Translations under genes and position numbers: made by a program
The notes under the pieces: generated by a model
Databases searched by the model: none
Seen by the model: only the letters and a program-made list of their open reading frames with translations
What the model was told of the DNA's origin: nothing
Part shown: positions 1 through 8,591 of the stretch, one piece after another
Layout: every line of letters starts with the position of its first letter
Numbering within the stretch: the stretch's first letter is position 1
IMG/VR virus record: IMGVR_UViG_2778261136_000010
Source of the DNA: a virus
Lineage: Duplodnaviria > Heunggongvirae > Uroviricota > Caudoviricetes
Strand: one strand, 5' to 3'
DNA length: 22,471 nucleotides

Positions 1-1125
1 AAGCGTGAAGCTACCCATATCAGGTATCTGATTCGCCCCTGTCCCTACATTCCTTTTAGCCGCTTCTCCCAAACCAAGGTATGTGAGAAGACCAGCTACA
101 TCCTTTCCACTCAAATTGGTAAGCGTATTGTCCAGCGGTTGTTTACCTGCCAGCGCATTAAGCATTGTCGTGGCAAAGTTCGGATCATTCCCCAGTGCCG
201 CCGCCAGTTCGTTCAGTGTATCCAGTGCAGCAGGTGCAGAACCCACCATTCCTGCAATCGCCGATTTCACAAAAGCCGTAGTGGCAATCTGTGTATTGTT
301 GACCGACTGCGCCGCCGTGGGGGCTGTTGGCGTTCCGGTGAGTGCCGGACTCGACAACGGTGCTTTTAGTGCCAGCGCATTGTTAATGGTGGTACTGAAA
401 TTCGGATCATTGTTAATGGCTGCGGCTATTTCTTTCAGCGTGTCCAGCGTGGCTGGCGCACCATTAATAAGGGCCGTCAGTGCCGCCTGTACAAACGCAG
501 TGGTCGCAACCTGCGTGGTATTATTCCCCGCCGCTGGCGTTGGCGCTTTGGGGGTTCCGGTAAATGTCGGGCTGGCTTTTGGCGCGTACTGTGAATGCGG
601 GTCCGGTGCGGCAAGATGTTTTGCCATCTGATCATCCGCGTACACCTTCAGCTCCAGTGCCTTGTCATCCACATACTTGCGGGTTGCCAGCACTACAGCA
701 GGGTCGATTTTCAGGGTGATATTGTCCGTGCTGCTGGTAATCAGCACCATGCGCACGGTCTGAGTGCGCCCGCTACCTTCAGCCAGTTGCGGCTTATAGC
801 TTTCCGGGCAGTTGCCCACGGCAATCAATGCCCCGGACTCATCAAACAAGCCCACTTCACGTATCCACCAACCGCCCTCGTTTTCAGGGATCACCTGTTC
901 GGCAATAATCTGGCTGCTGTTCTGCGGGTCGATATAAAGCATATTCAGCGCAGCCCGGCGTTTCTCATTTACCAGTGCCGTCTGCTTTGCGTCCGGCGTT
1001 GGCAATGCTCCGCCGCCATCGCCCACCGCCATATGGGTAATTTTTAGCGGCACACCGAGCGCGGCGGCGCTGGCAAGTTTCGCCGCGCCAATATCCGTCA
1101 GCAGGGTATAAAATTTTGTGCTCAT
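1..1125 (-). CDS. H: Tail fibre protein gpH, N-terminal ~375 codons (partial; 3' end lies beyond window start)
   Basis: Reverse-complement from ATG at 1125 reads [35 protein letters not shown], resembling the P2 gpH N-terminus. ATG overlaps the gpI stop (ATGA). Not in the ORF track because no stop falls inside the window; an open frame to position 1 is assumed, not verified base by base. Confidence 0.85.
   Translation of the reverse strand, partial: MSTKFYTLLTDIGAAKLASAAALGVPLKITHMAVGDGGGALPTPDAKQTALVNEKRRAALNMLYIDPQNSSQIIAEQVIPENEGGWWIREVGLFDESGALIAVGNCPESYKPQLAEGSGRTQTVRMVLITSSTDNITLKIDPAVVLATRKYVDDKALELKVYADDQMAKHLAAPDPHSQYAPKASPTFTGTPKAPTPAAGNNTTQVATTAFVQAALTALINGAPATLDTLKEIAAAINNDPNFSTTINNALALKAPLSSPALTGTPTAPTAAQSVNNTQIATTAFVKSAIAGMVGSAPAALDTLNELAAALGNDPNFATTMLNALAGKQPLDNTLTNLSGKDVAGLLTYLGLGEAAKRNVGTGANQIPDMGSFTL
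151..593. repeat. Two diverged tandem copies (~221-222 nt each) inside the tail fibre coding region
   Basis: Seen directly: 'cagcgcatt' at 151 and 372; 'ttcggatcat' at 179 and 401; 'ggcgttccggt' / 'gggggttccggt' at equivalent offsets. Consistent with repeated collar/shaft modules of phage tail fibres. Confidence 0.6.
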
Positions 1126-1727
1126 GGATTCACTCTCATTGTGTCAATAACATGGACCGCCCCGCCTTCATGCGCGGTGCCGCCGGAAATAATTGTTTCG
1201 TTGATATACGGATAGATCGTGATTTCTTCGCCAAGATAACTGGCGGCTCCCACCCAATGCGGGCCGCTGGTCTGCAGATTGATGGACATGCCAATCATGT
1301 GACGGCTACATGGTTTGGCATCGCTTATCAGTCGCTCAAGTTCCAGATAGGTATCTTCAGTGATGCCCTGGTCCTGCACACCAATGTCCAGGCGAAACGT
1401 GCCCGGTGTTTCTCCGGTCTGCCACCACTCAATAATGCGGATCAGGAAGCCGAACGGCTCCACCACCCGCCGTACGGCACTGGTGGTTCCTTTGTGCTGA
1501 TGAATATAAAAAGCATCCTTCACTACCTGGCGTTTGACGCTTTCTGTCCAGCCCTCGTCCCAGCGATCCACAGAGAACGCCCAGGCGAGATAAGGCAGGA
1601 AACTGACCGGACAGGTTGCCGGATTCCACAAGTCACGCAGCGGCACCTGCAGATCAGAAATCCCGCTACAGGTTTGCGCCAGTCGGCGCTCCAGTGAAGT
1701 TGAACCCGGTGGCAGCAGACTATTCAT
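1122..1727 (-). CDS. I: Baseplate assembly protein gpI
   Basis: 201-aa ORF with ATG at 1727; contains DLWNPATCP...[17 protein letters not shown], resembling P2 gpI. Stop overlaps the H start. Confidence 0.85.
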   Translation of the reverse strand: MNSLLPPGSTSLERRLAQTCSGISDLQVPLRDLWNPATCPVSFLPYLAWAFSVDRWDEGWTESVKRQVVKDAFYIHQHKGTTSAVRRVVEPFGFLIRIIEWWQTGETPGTFRLDIGVQDQGITEDTYLELERLISDAKPCSRHMIGMSINLQTSGPHWVGAASYLGEEITIYPYINETIISGGTAHEGGAVHVIDTMRVNP

Positions 1728-2628
1728 CCGTTCCCCCGTTGGTCACGCTCCACTGCGTACATGATGCCGCCTGCGTTTTGTTCAGGACCACGTCCGCCTG
1801 CGGGGAAGCCAGTTCCACACGCTGAACACCCTCAACATGCAGGGCGGCAAAGATGGCGCTACGGCGAATATCCCGACCAAGACGCGTCTGACTGGCGATG
1901 TACTTCTGCAGGCTGGCTTTTGCCGCTGCCATTACCGGCTCTGCTTCCGGTCCCGGATAGAGAAAAATGGTGGCTTCCACGCGATACGGGATGATTTCTG
2001 CGCTGCGAACCGTAAGACGGTCAGCCACCGGGCGGACGTTCTCACTGTTCAGAGCTTTTTCCACCACGTCCAGCAGGTCTTTTTCTGCAGTTCCATCGCC
2101 TTCGCGGCTAAGGACAGTCAGCACCACCTCTGCAGGTGCCGGGCTGGTTGCACTGGCATCCGCCACCCGACCGTCGGCGCTTCGGGCATGAAATTCATAA
2201 GCTACAGTTGGCCCCGCAACAGAAAGCCCTTCAAAGGCTGCAGGCACACGCAGGCGCAACGCTTCATCGCTTTCCATCACAGCTGCAACGGGCGGCACAG
2301 CATCATTATCAGCAGGCGTCACCGTCAGGCGTGTCACGTTGTAGTTGGCAGCGAGCTGGTCAAGATCGCCGCCCATCGCGTAAGCCACCATCACCGCCTG
2401 CGCGGCTTCGTTAATGCGCTGGCGCAGAAGCAACTCACGGTAAGCGTTCTCCTGCAGCAATTTGGTGACGGGTTCAGATTCCAGTTCCAGCGTGCGGATC
2501 ACTGCTTCCTGCTCATCTTTCGGATGAAGCGCAACAAATTCGGCCTTGCGTTCGGCAAGCAGCGTCTCAAAGTCCGGCACATCCACAATCTGCGGCGCAG
2601 GCAACTGCGAAAGGTCAATCACTGCCAT
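1720..2628 (-). CDS. J: Baseplate protein gpJ
   Basis: Start placed at internal ATG 2628 (MAVIDLSQLPAP...), preceded by an AGGAG Shine-Dalgarno; gives 302 aa. The ORF track extends to 2667 with a non-ATG start. Strong resemblance to P2 gpJ. Confidence 0.9.
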   Translation of the reverse strand: MAVIDLSQLPAPQIVDVPDFETLLAERKAEFVALHPKDEQEAVIRTLELESEPVTKLLQENAYRELLLRQRINEAAQAVMVAYAMGGDLDQLAANYNVTRLTVTPADNDAVPPVAAVMESDEALRLRVPAAFEGLSVAGPTVAYEFHARSADGRVADASATSPAPAEVVLTVLSREGDGTAEKDLLDVVEKALNSENVRPVADRLTVRSAEIIPYRVEATIFLYPGPEAEPVMAAAKASLQKYIASQTRLGRDIRRSAIFAALHVEGVQRVELASPQADVVLNKTQAASCTQWSVTNGGTDE

Positions 2629-2974
2629 TCTCTGCTCCTGTTGATACGGAAAGGGAAACAGGCACACCGTTATTACGCCGCCCGGTCAGCCCCACCACCA
2701 TTGAACCATCAAAATTGCTGTTAATGGTGATGGAATCCAGCGTCAGCCGTGGCTCCCAGCGACTCAGCGCCACATACACTGCCGACATGACCTGCAGGCG
2801 TAATGCTGGATTTTGTGGCTGGTCTATCAGTGCCGACAGCAGGGAACCATATTCACGACGGGCAATACGGCTACCCTGCGGTGTCAGCAGAATGTCCCGC
2901 ACCGACTGGCGCAGATGGTCAATATCAGTAATGGCTTTACCGCTGGTATTGTTCATCCCGCTATAAAGCGTCAT
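2615..2974 (-). CDS. W: Baseplate wedge protein gpW
   Basis: 119 aa, ATG at 2974 overlapping the gpV stop; ends 14 nt into J. Sequence and size as for P2 gpW. Confidence 0.85.
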   Translation of the reverse strand: MTLYSGMNNTSGKAITDIDHLRQSVRDILLTPQGSRIARREYGSLLSALIDQPQNPALRLQVMSAVYVALSRWEPRLTLDSITINSNFDGSMVVGLTGRRNNGVPVSLSVSTGAENGSD

Positions 2975-3549
2975 ACCGGGCCTCCGGTTGTGTCGCCGCC
3001 TTTCAGGACGCCAGTATGCTGATGTGCATCAACCACAATCCCGTTAGAACTCATCACTCCGCCGCCCTGGGTAACGCCACCATTGATCACCACTTCGCTG
3101 TTAATGCGCGTGTGGTCAGCCTCCAGTACAAACTCACTGGTTTTCATGGTGATGTTGTCAGCGGCCTCAATGACCATTGATTTGATGCCCCTTACATACC
3201 AACGCCCGGTGGCAGGTTCGTATTCAAACCAGCCACCGTCAGGATGTTCTGTCACGCAGGCGTCTGCCGACGTCGACGGTGGCGCGAACTGATTCGAATA
3301 GATGGCGGGCAGCGCAAAGGCTGTTTCCAGATTGCCGCCCAGACTCAGTAGCACCACCTGCTCACCTTCCGATGGTCGCCACCATGTCCGGGCATTACCC
3401 GCGCGCAGCGTCAGCCAGTTAATCCAGTTGGTTTCAAGGTCGCCCGTTTTCACCCGGCAAAGCCAGTTTTCCCTGTCCACTTCGGTGACTACCCCTGTGC
3501 GGATCAGGTTGGTGATAAGGCGCATGATTTCGGTTAATTGTGCGTTCAT
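2971..3549 (-). CDS. V: Baseplate spike/hub protein gpV
   Basis: 192 aa, ATG at 3549; MNAQLTEIMRLITNLIRTG...WWRPSEGEQ resembles the P2 gpV N-terminus. No obvious Shine-Dalgarno upstream. Confidence 0.85.
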   Translation of the reverse strand: MNAQLTEIMRLITNLIRTGVVTEVDRENWLCRVKTGDLETNWINWLTLRAGNARTWWRPSEGEQVVLLSLGGNLETAFALPAIYSNQFAPPSTSADACVTEHPDGGWFEYEPATGRWYVRGIKSMVIEAADNITMKTSEFVLEADHTRINSEVVINGGVTQGGGVMSSNGIVVDAHQHTGVLKGGDTTGGPV

Positions 3550-3595
3550 AGGGAAAGGTTGCCATCAGGGGAAGAAAGGCGGCAGTGCTGCAACT

Positions 3596-3613
3596 TGTAT
3601 CAGTGCTGATACA
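3596..3613 (-). promoter_or_regulatory. Candidate late-promoter activator site (TGT-N12-ACA dyad) in the S-V intergenic gap
   Basis: Seen: TGTATCAG-TG-CTGATACA, an 8+8 palindrome matching the TGT-N12-ACA element described for Ogr/B-dependent P2-family late promoters. It sits in the only intergenic gap (68 bp) upstream of V, where P2 has its V promoter. Confidence 0.4.
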
Positions 3614-3617
3614 AAGA

Positions 3618-4064
3618 TCACCCCGCCAGCCATTGCAGAATCATGTCGCGGGTCATTGCCTCAACATCATCATTTACACCCAGAAGGCGGCGCTCTGCGT
3701 AACGCACCTCCGGTCCCTTACTACTGACGCGATCTCGCAGGCCGTAATGGTGAACGCGGGCAATGCGCTGCACCTTGCCTTCAAACTGCACGCTGGCAGA
3801 GTCGGTGCTGGCGGCAGTTTTCAGGTATTTTGTGGTGCGCAGCTTTGCAAACATCTGACGTTTGATACGGCCTTTTTTACTGCGTGCTGTTACCCGTCGC
3901 GGTTCATAGCCACTGCCGTCAGGGTTGCGCTGCATCCTGATATTCTGCTGCTGTGTCCGGCGAAGTTCCTGCGCCAGCTGGCGCATCATGCGGCTTCTCG
4001 AGGCTGGTTCCAGATTCGCCAGCAAGGCACTCAGCCAGTCGTCCACCTTCTGCAGTTCAGCCAC
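3618..4064 (-). CDS. S: Tail completion protein gpS
   Basis: 148-aa ORF with GTG start at 4064, overlapping the R stop by 8 nt; position between R and V. Start codon uncertain. Confidence 0.8.
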   Translation of the reverse strand: MAELQKVDDWLSALLANLEPASRSRMMRQLAQELRRTQQQNIRMQRNPDGSGYEPRRVTARSKKGRIKRQMFAKLRTTKYLKTAASTDSASVQFEGKVQRIARVHHYGLRDRVSSKGPEVRYAERRLLGVNDDVEAMTRDMILQWLAG

Positions 4065-4488
4065 GTTTCACCGTCCACATTTCTTCAGGTGCATCAGGTT
4101 CCGCTATAGCTTCAACGCTCGACACACTGCCGTCAGTGCTGACCAGCACACGTTCCGTCAGTTGCAGGTTCAGGCTGATATCACAGACATCGTTGCGCAG
4201 AATATCCACCTCAAAGGTGAATAGCTTTTCCCGTAACGCCGGGTTATTGATGGCATCGGGCTGGTTATCCCTCAGCCACAGCAAAACCGGGGCCATCAGC
4301 AGATTCTGGTCGCCGCTGAAATCCTCAATCACCGCGTTCAGTGTGTAACGGTACTCCCACGACATGGAGCTGGCCCCCGTGGCAACCAGCGAACCGTTAT
4401 CCACAAACAGATGCAGTTTGTCCGGGTTATTGCGGACATAAGGCACCGCTTTATTGAGGGCGTGGCGCAGGGATTGTGGTTTGTTCAC
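4057..4488 (-). CDS. R: Tail completion protein gpR
   Basis: Start placed at GTG 4488 (VNKPQSLRHALNKAV aligns with the P2 gpR N-terminus), with an AGGAGC Shine-Dalgarno 6 nt upstream. The ORF track gives a TTG at 4509. Confidence 0.8.
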   Translation of the reverse strand: MNKPQSLRHALNKAVPYVRNNPDKLHLFVDNGSLVATGASSMSWEYRYTLNAVIEDFSGDQNLLMAPVLLWLRDNQPDAINNPALREKLFTFEVDILRNDVCDISLNLQLTERVLVSTDGSVSSVEAIAEPDAPEEMWTVKRG

Positions 4489-4741
4489 TGTTTCGCTCCT
4501 GACACGCAATAATCATGTCCACTTTGTCTGCACAGACCGCCCAGGCGGCCTCCGTTTCATCCAGCAACGCGTTCAGATCACCGTTAGTGCGCGGCGTTGC
4601 CTGATCCAGCCGACACGGCGTCACTCGCGGACAACCACTGACGGTAAGCCATACCTCCGGTGAGTGCCGGACGTTTCCGCAGCCGGATAATGTCAGCAGG
4701 CAAAGGAGTATCAGCCCAGCGGCGTAAATCCTCGTTCTCAC
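4451..4741 (-). CDS. lysC: LysC-like outer-membrane spanin (Rz1-like lipoprotein), embedded out of frame in lysB and running into R
   Basis: GTG start at 4739-4741; signal peptide with lipobox LTLSG-C; Pro-rich mature part. Nested architecture as in P2 lysB/lysC. Confidence 0.7.
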   Translation of the reverse strand: MRTRIYAAGLILLCLLTLSGCGNVRHSPEVWLTVSGCPRVTPCRLDQATPRTNGDLNALLDETEAAWAVCADKVDMIIACQERNSEQTTIPAPRPQ

Positions 4742-5012
4742 GTTTCAGTTCCTCGATCCGGTGTTGTCGTTGTCTCAGCAGCGTGCTGGTCTGTTCTGCT
4801 TCGGCATAGAGCCGCGCCTGCTCCCGGTTATTGGTTTCAGTCAGAATGGACAGGCTGATAAGCTGGCTATTGCTCTTTGCCAGTGCCTGGCTTTTGCTCT
4901 GCAGCTCGTCTGCCTGCGTGCTGATGGTCTGGCTGGCATCAGCCAGCCGCCACGTCTGCCAGCCCAGCGCCGCCAGTAATAACGTCAGCACAACCAGCAG
5001 CAACCGGTTCAT
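4584..5012 (-). CDS. lysB: LysB-like inner-membrane spanin (Rz-like)
   Basis: 142 aa, ATG at 5012 overlapping the lysA stop (ATGA); N-terminal TM segment (LLLVVLTLLLAALGW) followed by a coiled-coil-like region. Confidence 0.75.
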   Translation of the reverse strand: MNRLLLVVLTLLLAALGWQTWRLADASQTISTQADELQSKSQALAKSNSQLISLSILTETNNREQARLYAEAEQTSTLLRQRQHRIEELKRENEDLRRWADTPLPADIIRLRKRPALTGGMAYRQWLSASDAVSAGSGNAAH

Positions 5013-5386
5013 GCTGCTACCTGTTGCGCCATCTGATTACGGGTGATCCAGAAGGCAATAACGGTCAGTAGATAAAAGACCAGGGTAATAGCCCACCCCG
5101 TCCAGGCGAGACTTACAACAATCAGCAATCGCATCACCCAACTGGTAAATACGTTTTCTTTTCGGGTAATTGTCTTCAGCAAAGATGCCCTTAACTCCTG
5201 CCAGAGCGGGCCATTCTTAATTAACGCAGCCAGTGCTACCGGAATTACCGCCCATGTCAGCAAACAGGCTACCCAAACGCCGGACGCTGCCAGTACCGGA
5301 AAAATCCCCTGCGGATACACCATTGCTGCGATTAACAGCGCCATCCATAACATCAGAAACAGTCCGCTGATTAATTTCTTTTTCAT
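5009..5386 (-). CDS. lysA: LysA-like membrane protein (putative lysis timing regulator/antiholin)
   Basis: Start placed at ATG 5386 (MKKKLISGLFLMLWMALLIAAMV...), with a GGGAG Shine-Dalgarno upstream and immediately after the K stop. The ORF track extends to 5458. Multiple hydrophobic segments. Confidence 0.65.
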   Translation of the reverse strand: MKKKLISGLFLMLWMALLIAAMVYPQGIFPVLAASGVWVACLLTWAVIPVALAALIKNGPLWQELRASLLKTITRKENVFTSWVMRLLIVVSLAWTGWAITLVFYLLTVIAFWITRNQMAQQVAA

Positions 5387-5387
5387 T

Positions 5388-5900
5388 TCAGTTTGCTCCC
5401 TGTAAACACCAGGCCATCTCCCGCGCACGGCGGTTATCCAGCCCCTGATTAAAAACACCTTTCACATAAACCCAGCGCGGCAACTGTCGGCATGCATCCG
5501 CCCAGCGCCGCTGATTGAGCAATTTCACCAGCGTGGAACTACAGGCATTGCCCGTCCCCACGTTGAAGGCAAACGACACCGTAGCGTCATACACCTTCTG
5601 CGGCGGCTGTTGCTTCACACACCTTTCCATCGCCCGCTCCACTCGTAGCACGTTGGAGATCAGCCCTTCAGCTGCCTGTCGTTCCGTAATGGTTTTGCCG
5701 GGAATGACGCCTGACGTGTTACCAATGCCGTCGGTCCAGACGCCCGCGCTGCACTGATACGGCTGCAGACGACAGCCTTCGTAATCTGCAATCAGTTTCA
5801 GCCCCTCCACGGAGGTGTGAAGCTGCTGAAAACCCGGCAGCGTGGCAGCAATAGCCAGCACGGCCCCGACAAGGCAGCGTTTAACGATTGATGGATTCAT
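5388..5900 (-). CDS. K: Endolysin, T4-lysozyme-like (GH24) with an N-terminal signal-anchor-release (SAR) type hydrophobic segment
   Basis: 170 aa; N-terminus CLVGAVLAIAATLPG is a weakly hydrophobic Gly/Ala-rich segment; catalytic region LIADYEGCRLQPYQCSAGVWTDGIGNT typical of P1 Lyz / P21 R-type lysozymes. Confidence 0.85.
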   Translation of the reverse strand: MNPSIVKRCLVGAVLAIAATLPGFQQLHTSVEGLKLIADYEGCRLQPYQCSAGVWTDGIGNTSGVIPGKTITERQAAEGLISNVLRVERAMERCVKQQPPQKVYDATVSFAFNVGTGNACSSTLVKLLNQRRWADACRQLPRWVYVKGVFNQGLDNRRAREMAWCLQGAN

Positions 5901-6096
5901 AGTCCTCCCGCGAGATCTGCCCGTCGCGCAGAAGCTGGTAGGCTTTGTGTTTGTAGTACCAGTTGATAGCCAGCATCAGCACACCAATCATCAGGCCGCC
6001 CAGCGTTGAGGCATCCTTGATGGACAAATCGCCCAGCCAGGCCAGCACAACGGCGATGCAGTACGTGATAAAGGCGCTGATTCGCTCAAGCGTCAT
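5881..6096 (-). CDS. Y: Holin, 71 aa with two predicted TM domains (pinholin-like)
   Basis: ATG at 6096; two hydrophobic helices (ISAFITYCIAVVLAWLG and LGGLMIGVLMLAINWYY) and a charged C-terminus; sits directly upstream of and overlapping the endolysin, in the P2 Y position. Confidence 0.7.
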   Translation of the reverse strand: MTLERISAFITYCIAVVLAWLGDLSIKDASTLGGLMIGVLMLAINWYYKHKAYQLLRDGQISREDYESINR

Positions 6097-6099
6097 AAT

Positions 6100-6303
6100 T
6101 CAGTCCCATAGCTGGACGGTCTGCACGGTGGTGGTGGTCGGAATGTCCGGCAGCTCCACCTGCAGCCCGTGAGGTAAAAAGGGGCCATATTCGGCAAGCC
6201 CCGGATTTGCCTTCAGTACCTGCTCCGTGACACCCTGCGTGCGCCCGTAATGACGCCAGCAAAGCGCGTCCACCGTGTCATACTGATGCGCACGCACTTT
6301 CAT
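6100..6303 (-). CDS. X: Tail protein X (LysM-like)
   Basis: 67 aa, same length as P2 gpX; MKVRAHQYDTVDALCWRHYGRT... ATG overlaps the L stop (ATGA). Confidence 0.8.
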   Translation of the reverse strand: MKVRAHQYDTVDALCWRHYGRTQGVTEQVLKANPGLAEYGPFLPHGLQVELPDIPTTTTVQTVQLWD

Positions 6304-6767
6304 CAGATAAGCTCCACTGTGCAGTGCGGCGCATCCTGCACCCGACTGATGGCCCAGCGGGCGTCACGCCACAAATCACCGCTGGATTCCGCCAGTTCCT
6401 CGCCCCGCTTCACACCGGATGCCGTGGCGTCATAGTCCTGGTAACGTTCGTTGAGCATGGCGCGTGCCCAGCAGTAAACCGCGTTGAAATAGTGCTGAAT
6501 GCGCTCGCTTTTGCCGTCCAGTTGTTCCGCCGGGACTTCTGCCAGCGAGGCATACCCCAGCATCTGCTGGCGTCTGCGAAACTCATACAGCTCTGCGTTG
6601 ACCTCCGAAATTGCCGACAGCGCAACCTGCTTTAAACGCGGCTGCGTCACCGTGCCGTCAGTGCGCATCACGCTGCGAAACTCCGACAGGTCCACATCAG
6701 GCCAGAACGGCGTATTTCTGATGATTTCCGCCTGTTCCGGTGCCTGTTCTGGCGCAACAAACTTCAT
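6303..6767 (-). CDS. L: Head completion/stabilisation protein gpL
   Basis: Start placed at ATG 6767 (MKFVAPEQ...) with a strong AGGAGAAAG Shine-Dalgarno. The ORF track alternative is GTG at 6830 with no Shine-Dalgarno. Position between M and X. Confidence 0.75.
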   Translation of the reverse strand: MKFVAPEQAPEQAEIIRNTPFWPDVDLSEFRSVMRTDGTVTQPRLKQVALSAISEVNAELYEFRRRQQMLGYASLAEVPAEQLDGKSERIQHYFNAVYCWARAMLNERYQDYDATASGVKRGEELAESSGDLWRDARWAISRVQDAPHCTVELI

Positions 6768-6862
6768 GCTGCTTTCTCCTGAAATAGAGGGCGGTGGACG
6801 GGATTTTGATGTGGCTGTGCCTTTCGCCACCCCGTGCCGCCCGTGCGCGGGGGCACGTTCTG

Positions 6863-7513
6863 TCAGCGGCTGTCATTGCGCAGTCTGCGCTCCAGCTGCT
6901 GTTTGTCTTTTTTCACGCCACAGCGGGGATCGAGCTGTAACGCATGGTTGAGATGGTTAAGGGCAGAAGCCGGATTGCTTTCACTCAGGACAGCGCCAAT
7001 CGCTTTATGCAGACGCGCCCGTGACTGGTCCGGCATATCCAGACCGTCTGTCAGCTCCAGCGTCTGCAACAACAGATCGGCATCAAAGCCGGTGGCGGCA
7101 AGCATTGCGCTCTGCGCCGCGTCTGCCATTTCCTCTGCCAGCACGGTCTGCACATTGCGGTTACCCAGCGGCATCACCCAGCCATGACGCAGGGCATGAC
7201 GCCCGATCTCCAGCGCCCCGGCATAATCTCCGGCATCAATGCGCCACAGCATCACGTACATCAGCACGTCATCCTGCTGTGCGCCTCCGGCAGTCAGGAC
7301 ACCCTCTGCCCAGGCGGCGTACTTCGGCAGCAGTTCCACCTTGATTTCCGCTTTTTTGACCGTGGACTGAACGCCCTTGAGACGGCGGCGGTCTTCCGCC
7401 AGTTGCAGCAGCATCAGGTCATAGCCCGACGCGTGGCGAACACTGCCGCCCTCGCGGGCGGCCTGTTCAGCCTGAACGCGCAGGCGATGCTGCCGTGCGG
7501 GACTCAGGCTCAT
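6863..7513 (-). CDS. M: Terminase endonuclease (small) subunit gpM
   Basis: 216 aa, ATG at 7513; MSLSPARQHRLRVQAEQAAREGGSVRHASGYDLMLLQLAED resembles the P2 gpM N-terminal region. Confidence 0.85.
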   Translation of the reverse strand: MSLSPARQHRLRVQAEQAAREGGSVRHASGYDLMLLQLAEDRRRLKGVQSTVKKAEIKVELLPKYAAWAEGVLTAGGAQQDDVLMYVMLWRIDAGDYAGALEIGRHALRHGWVMPLGNRNVQTVLAEEMADAAQSAMLAATGFDADLLLQTLELTDGLDMPDQSRARLHKAIGAVLSESNPASALNHLNHALQLDPRCGVKKDKQQLERRLRNDSR

Positions 7514-7516
7514 GGT

Positions 7517-8575
7517 TTATGCTCCGGCTTCTGCGGCGGCGGCGCTGAAGTCGCCAATCTGGATGTTTTCCACCAGTGCTGCGCAGCGGTAGTCCTCAAC
7601 CACATAGGCTTCGTTAACGGATTCAAAGTTTTCAATCCGGTCACGTTTCGGGTTGTCGATAACTGAACGGCGGCGGGTGTCTTCCTGCCAGTAGATGGAC
7701 AAGTTATCCAGACGGGTGATCAGCAGCGCATTCGGCGGGAAGAACGGCGCACGCACGGCCTGCAGACCGCCCATGCGTTTCTGACTGATAATCATATCGG
7801 CAGCCAGTTTTTCACTGTTTTCCTGCTCTTTGTTGACCAGCGGGAAATACTTGTCAGACAGCAGTTCACGCCCGCAAATCACCACCAGATCGTCATCGTC
7901 CTGGTAGACCACGTCGATAAGCTCATTGACGGCATCCATCACCACTGCGTCCAGGTTGGCATATTCGCCACCTTTACCGACTTTCACCGCACCCGGTGTG
8001 GTTTCACCGCCCGTGGTGCTGCTGCCCATGACGTGATCCGGTGCATCCTCACGGATTTTCTGTAACCAGCCTTTGTTCACATCCTGCAGCAGCGGGTTTT
8101 CGCTACGGTTGGAGGTTTTCGCACGCTTCACGCCGTTAAAGCCGATCATGATGCGATCCAGTGCCTGACGTTTCACGATGGCGTCACGGATACGCACCTG
8201 GAAATCCTGAAACTTCGCCCACAGGTCCAGCTTCGCGTAGGTCAGTACCGTGTCAAAATTGGTCTGCTCGCATTTGTATTCCACATCGATCATCAGCGTA
8301 GGATCGACAGGTTCACGCTCTTTCGCGGTGGTGTCAGTGGTTCCGGCAATGGTGCTACCAACACCCAACCCCAGCAGCTGACCGGACTGCTCAGTCACTG
8401 GCGTGACGTTAATCAGCGTCAGGAAAGCGGCGGACTGCTGGATCTGGTCTTCCAGCGTCTGCTGTACAGACGGCTCCACGGTGAACTTGCTGGACAGTTC
8501 TTCAACTGCCACACCGTTCAGACGCGCCAGCTGCTGCAGGTAAGCGTTAAAAGCAAAACGGGTATTCTTCTTCAT
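7517..8575 (-). CDS. N: Major capsid protein gpN
   Basis: 352 aa, ATG at 8575; size and position as P2 gpN (between O and M). Confidence 0.9.
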   Translation of the reverse strand: MKKNTRFAFNAYLQQLARLNGVAVEELSSKFTVEPSVQQTLEDQIQQSAAFLTLINVTPVTEQSGQLLGLGVGSTIAGTTDTTAKEREPVDPTLMIDVEYKCEQTNFDTVLTYAKLDLWAKFQDFQVRIRDAIVKRQALDRIMIGFNGVKRAKTSNRSENPLLQDVNKGWLQKIREDAPDHVMGSSTTGGETTPGAVKVGKGGEYANLDAVVMDAVNELIDVVYQDDDDLVVICGRELLSDKYFPLVNKEQENSEKLAADMIISQKRMGGLQAVRAPFFPPNALLITRLDNLSIYWQEDTRRRSVIDNPKRDRIENFESVNEAYVVEDYRCAALVENIQIGDFSAAAAEAGA

Positions 8576-8591
8576 CAGGTTTTGTGCTCCA

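Noticed and set aside
151-593. Possibility that the repeated segments represent a CRISPR array or other interspersed repeat
   Set aside because: There are only two long (~221 nt) diverged tandem copies, in frame within a coding sequence and with no short spacer/repeat periodicity. They are tail-fibre modules.
83-1697. Plus-strand ORFs 83-631, 139-369, 595-1047 and 1116-1697
   Set aside because: They are antisense to the well-supported tail fibre H and gpI genes. Their translations are Ala/Cys/Arg-rich with no protein-like pattern; they mirror the coding strand's GC-rich third positions.
1761-4348. Plus-strand ORFs such as 1837-2724, 3302-3727, 3585-4109 and 3953-4348 inside the baseplate and tail-completion genes
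   Set aside because: Antisense shadows of the J, W, V, S and R genes; no ribosome-binding sites; low-complexity translations.
6768-6862. GC-rich hairpin (CGTGCC ... GGCACG) between M and L
   Set aside because: It may simply be coding sequence if L really starts at the GTG at 6830. No T-run follows on either strand, so it is not called a terminator or REP element.
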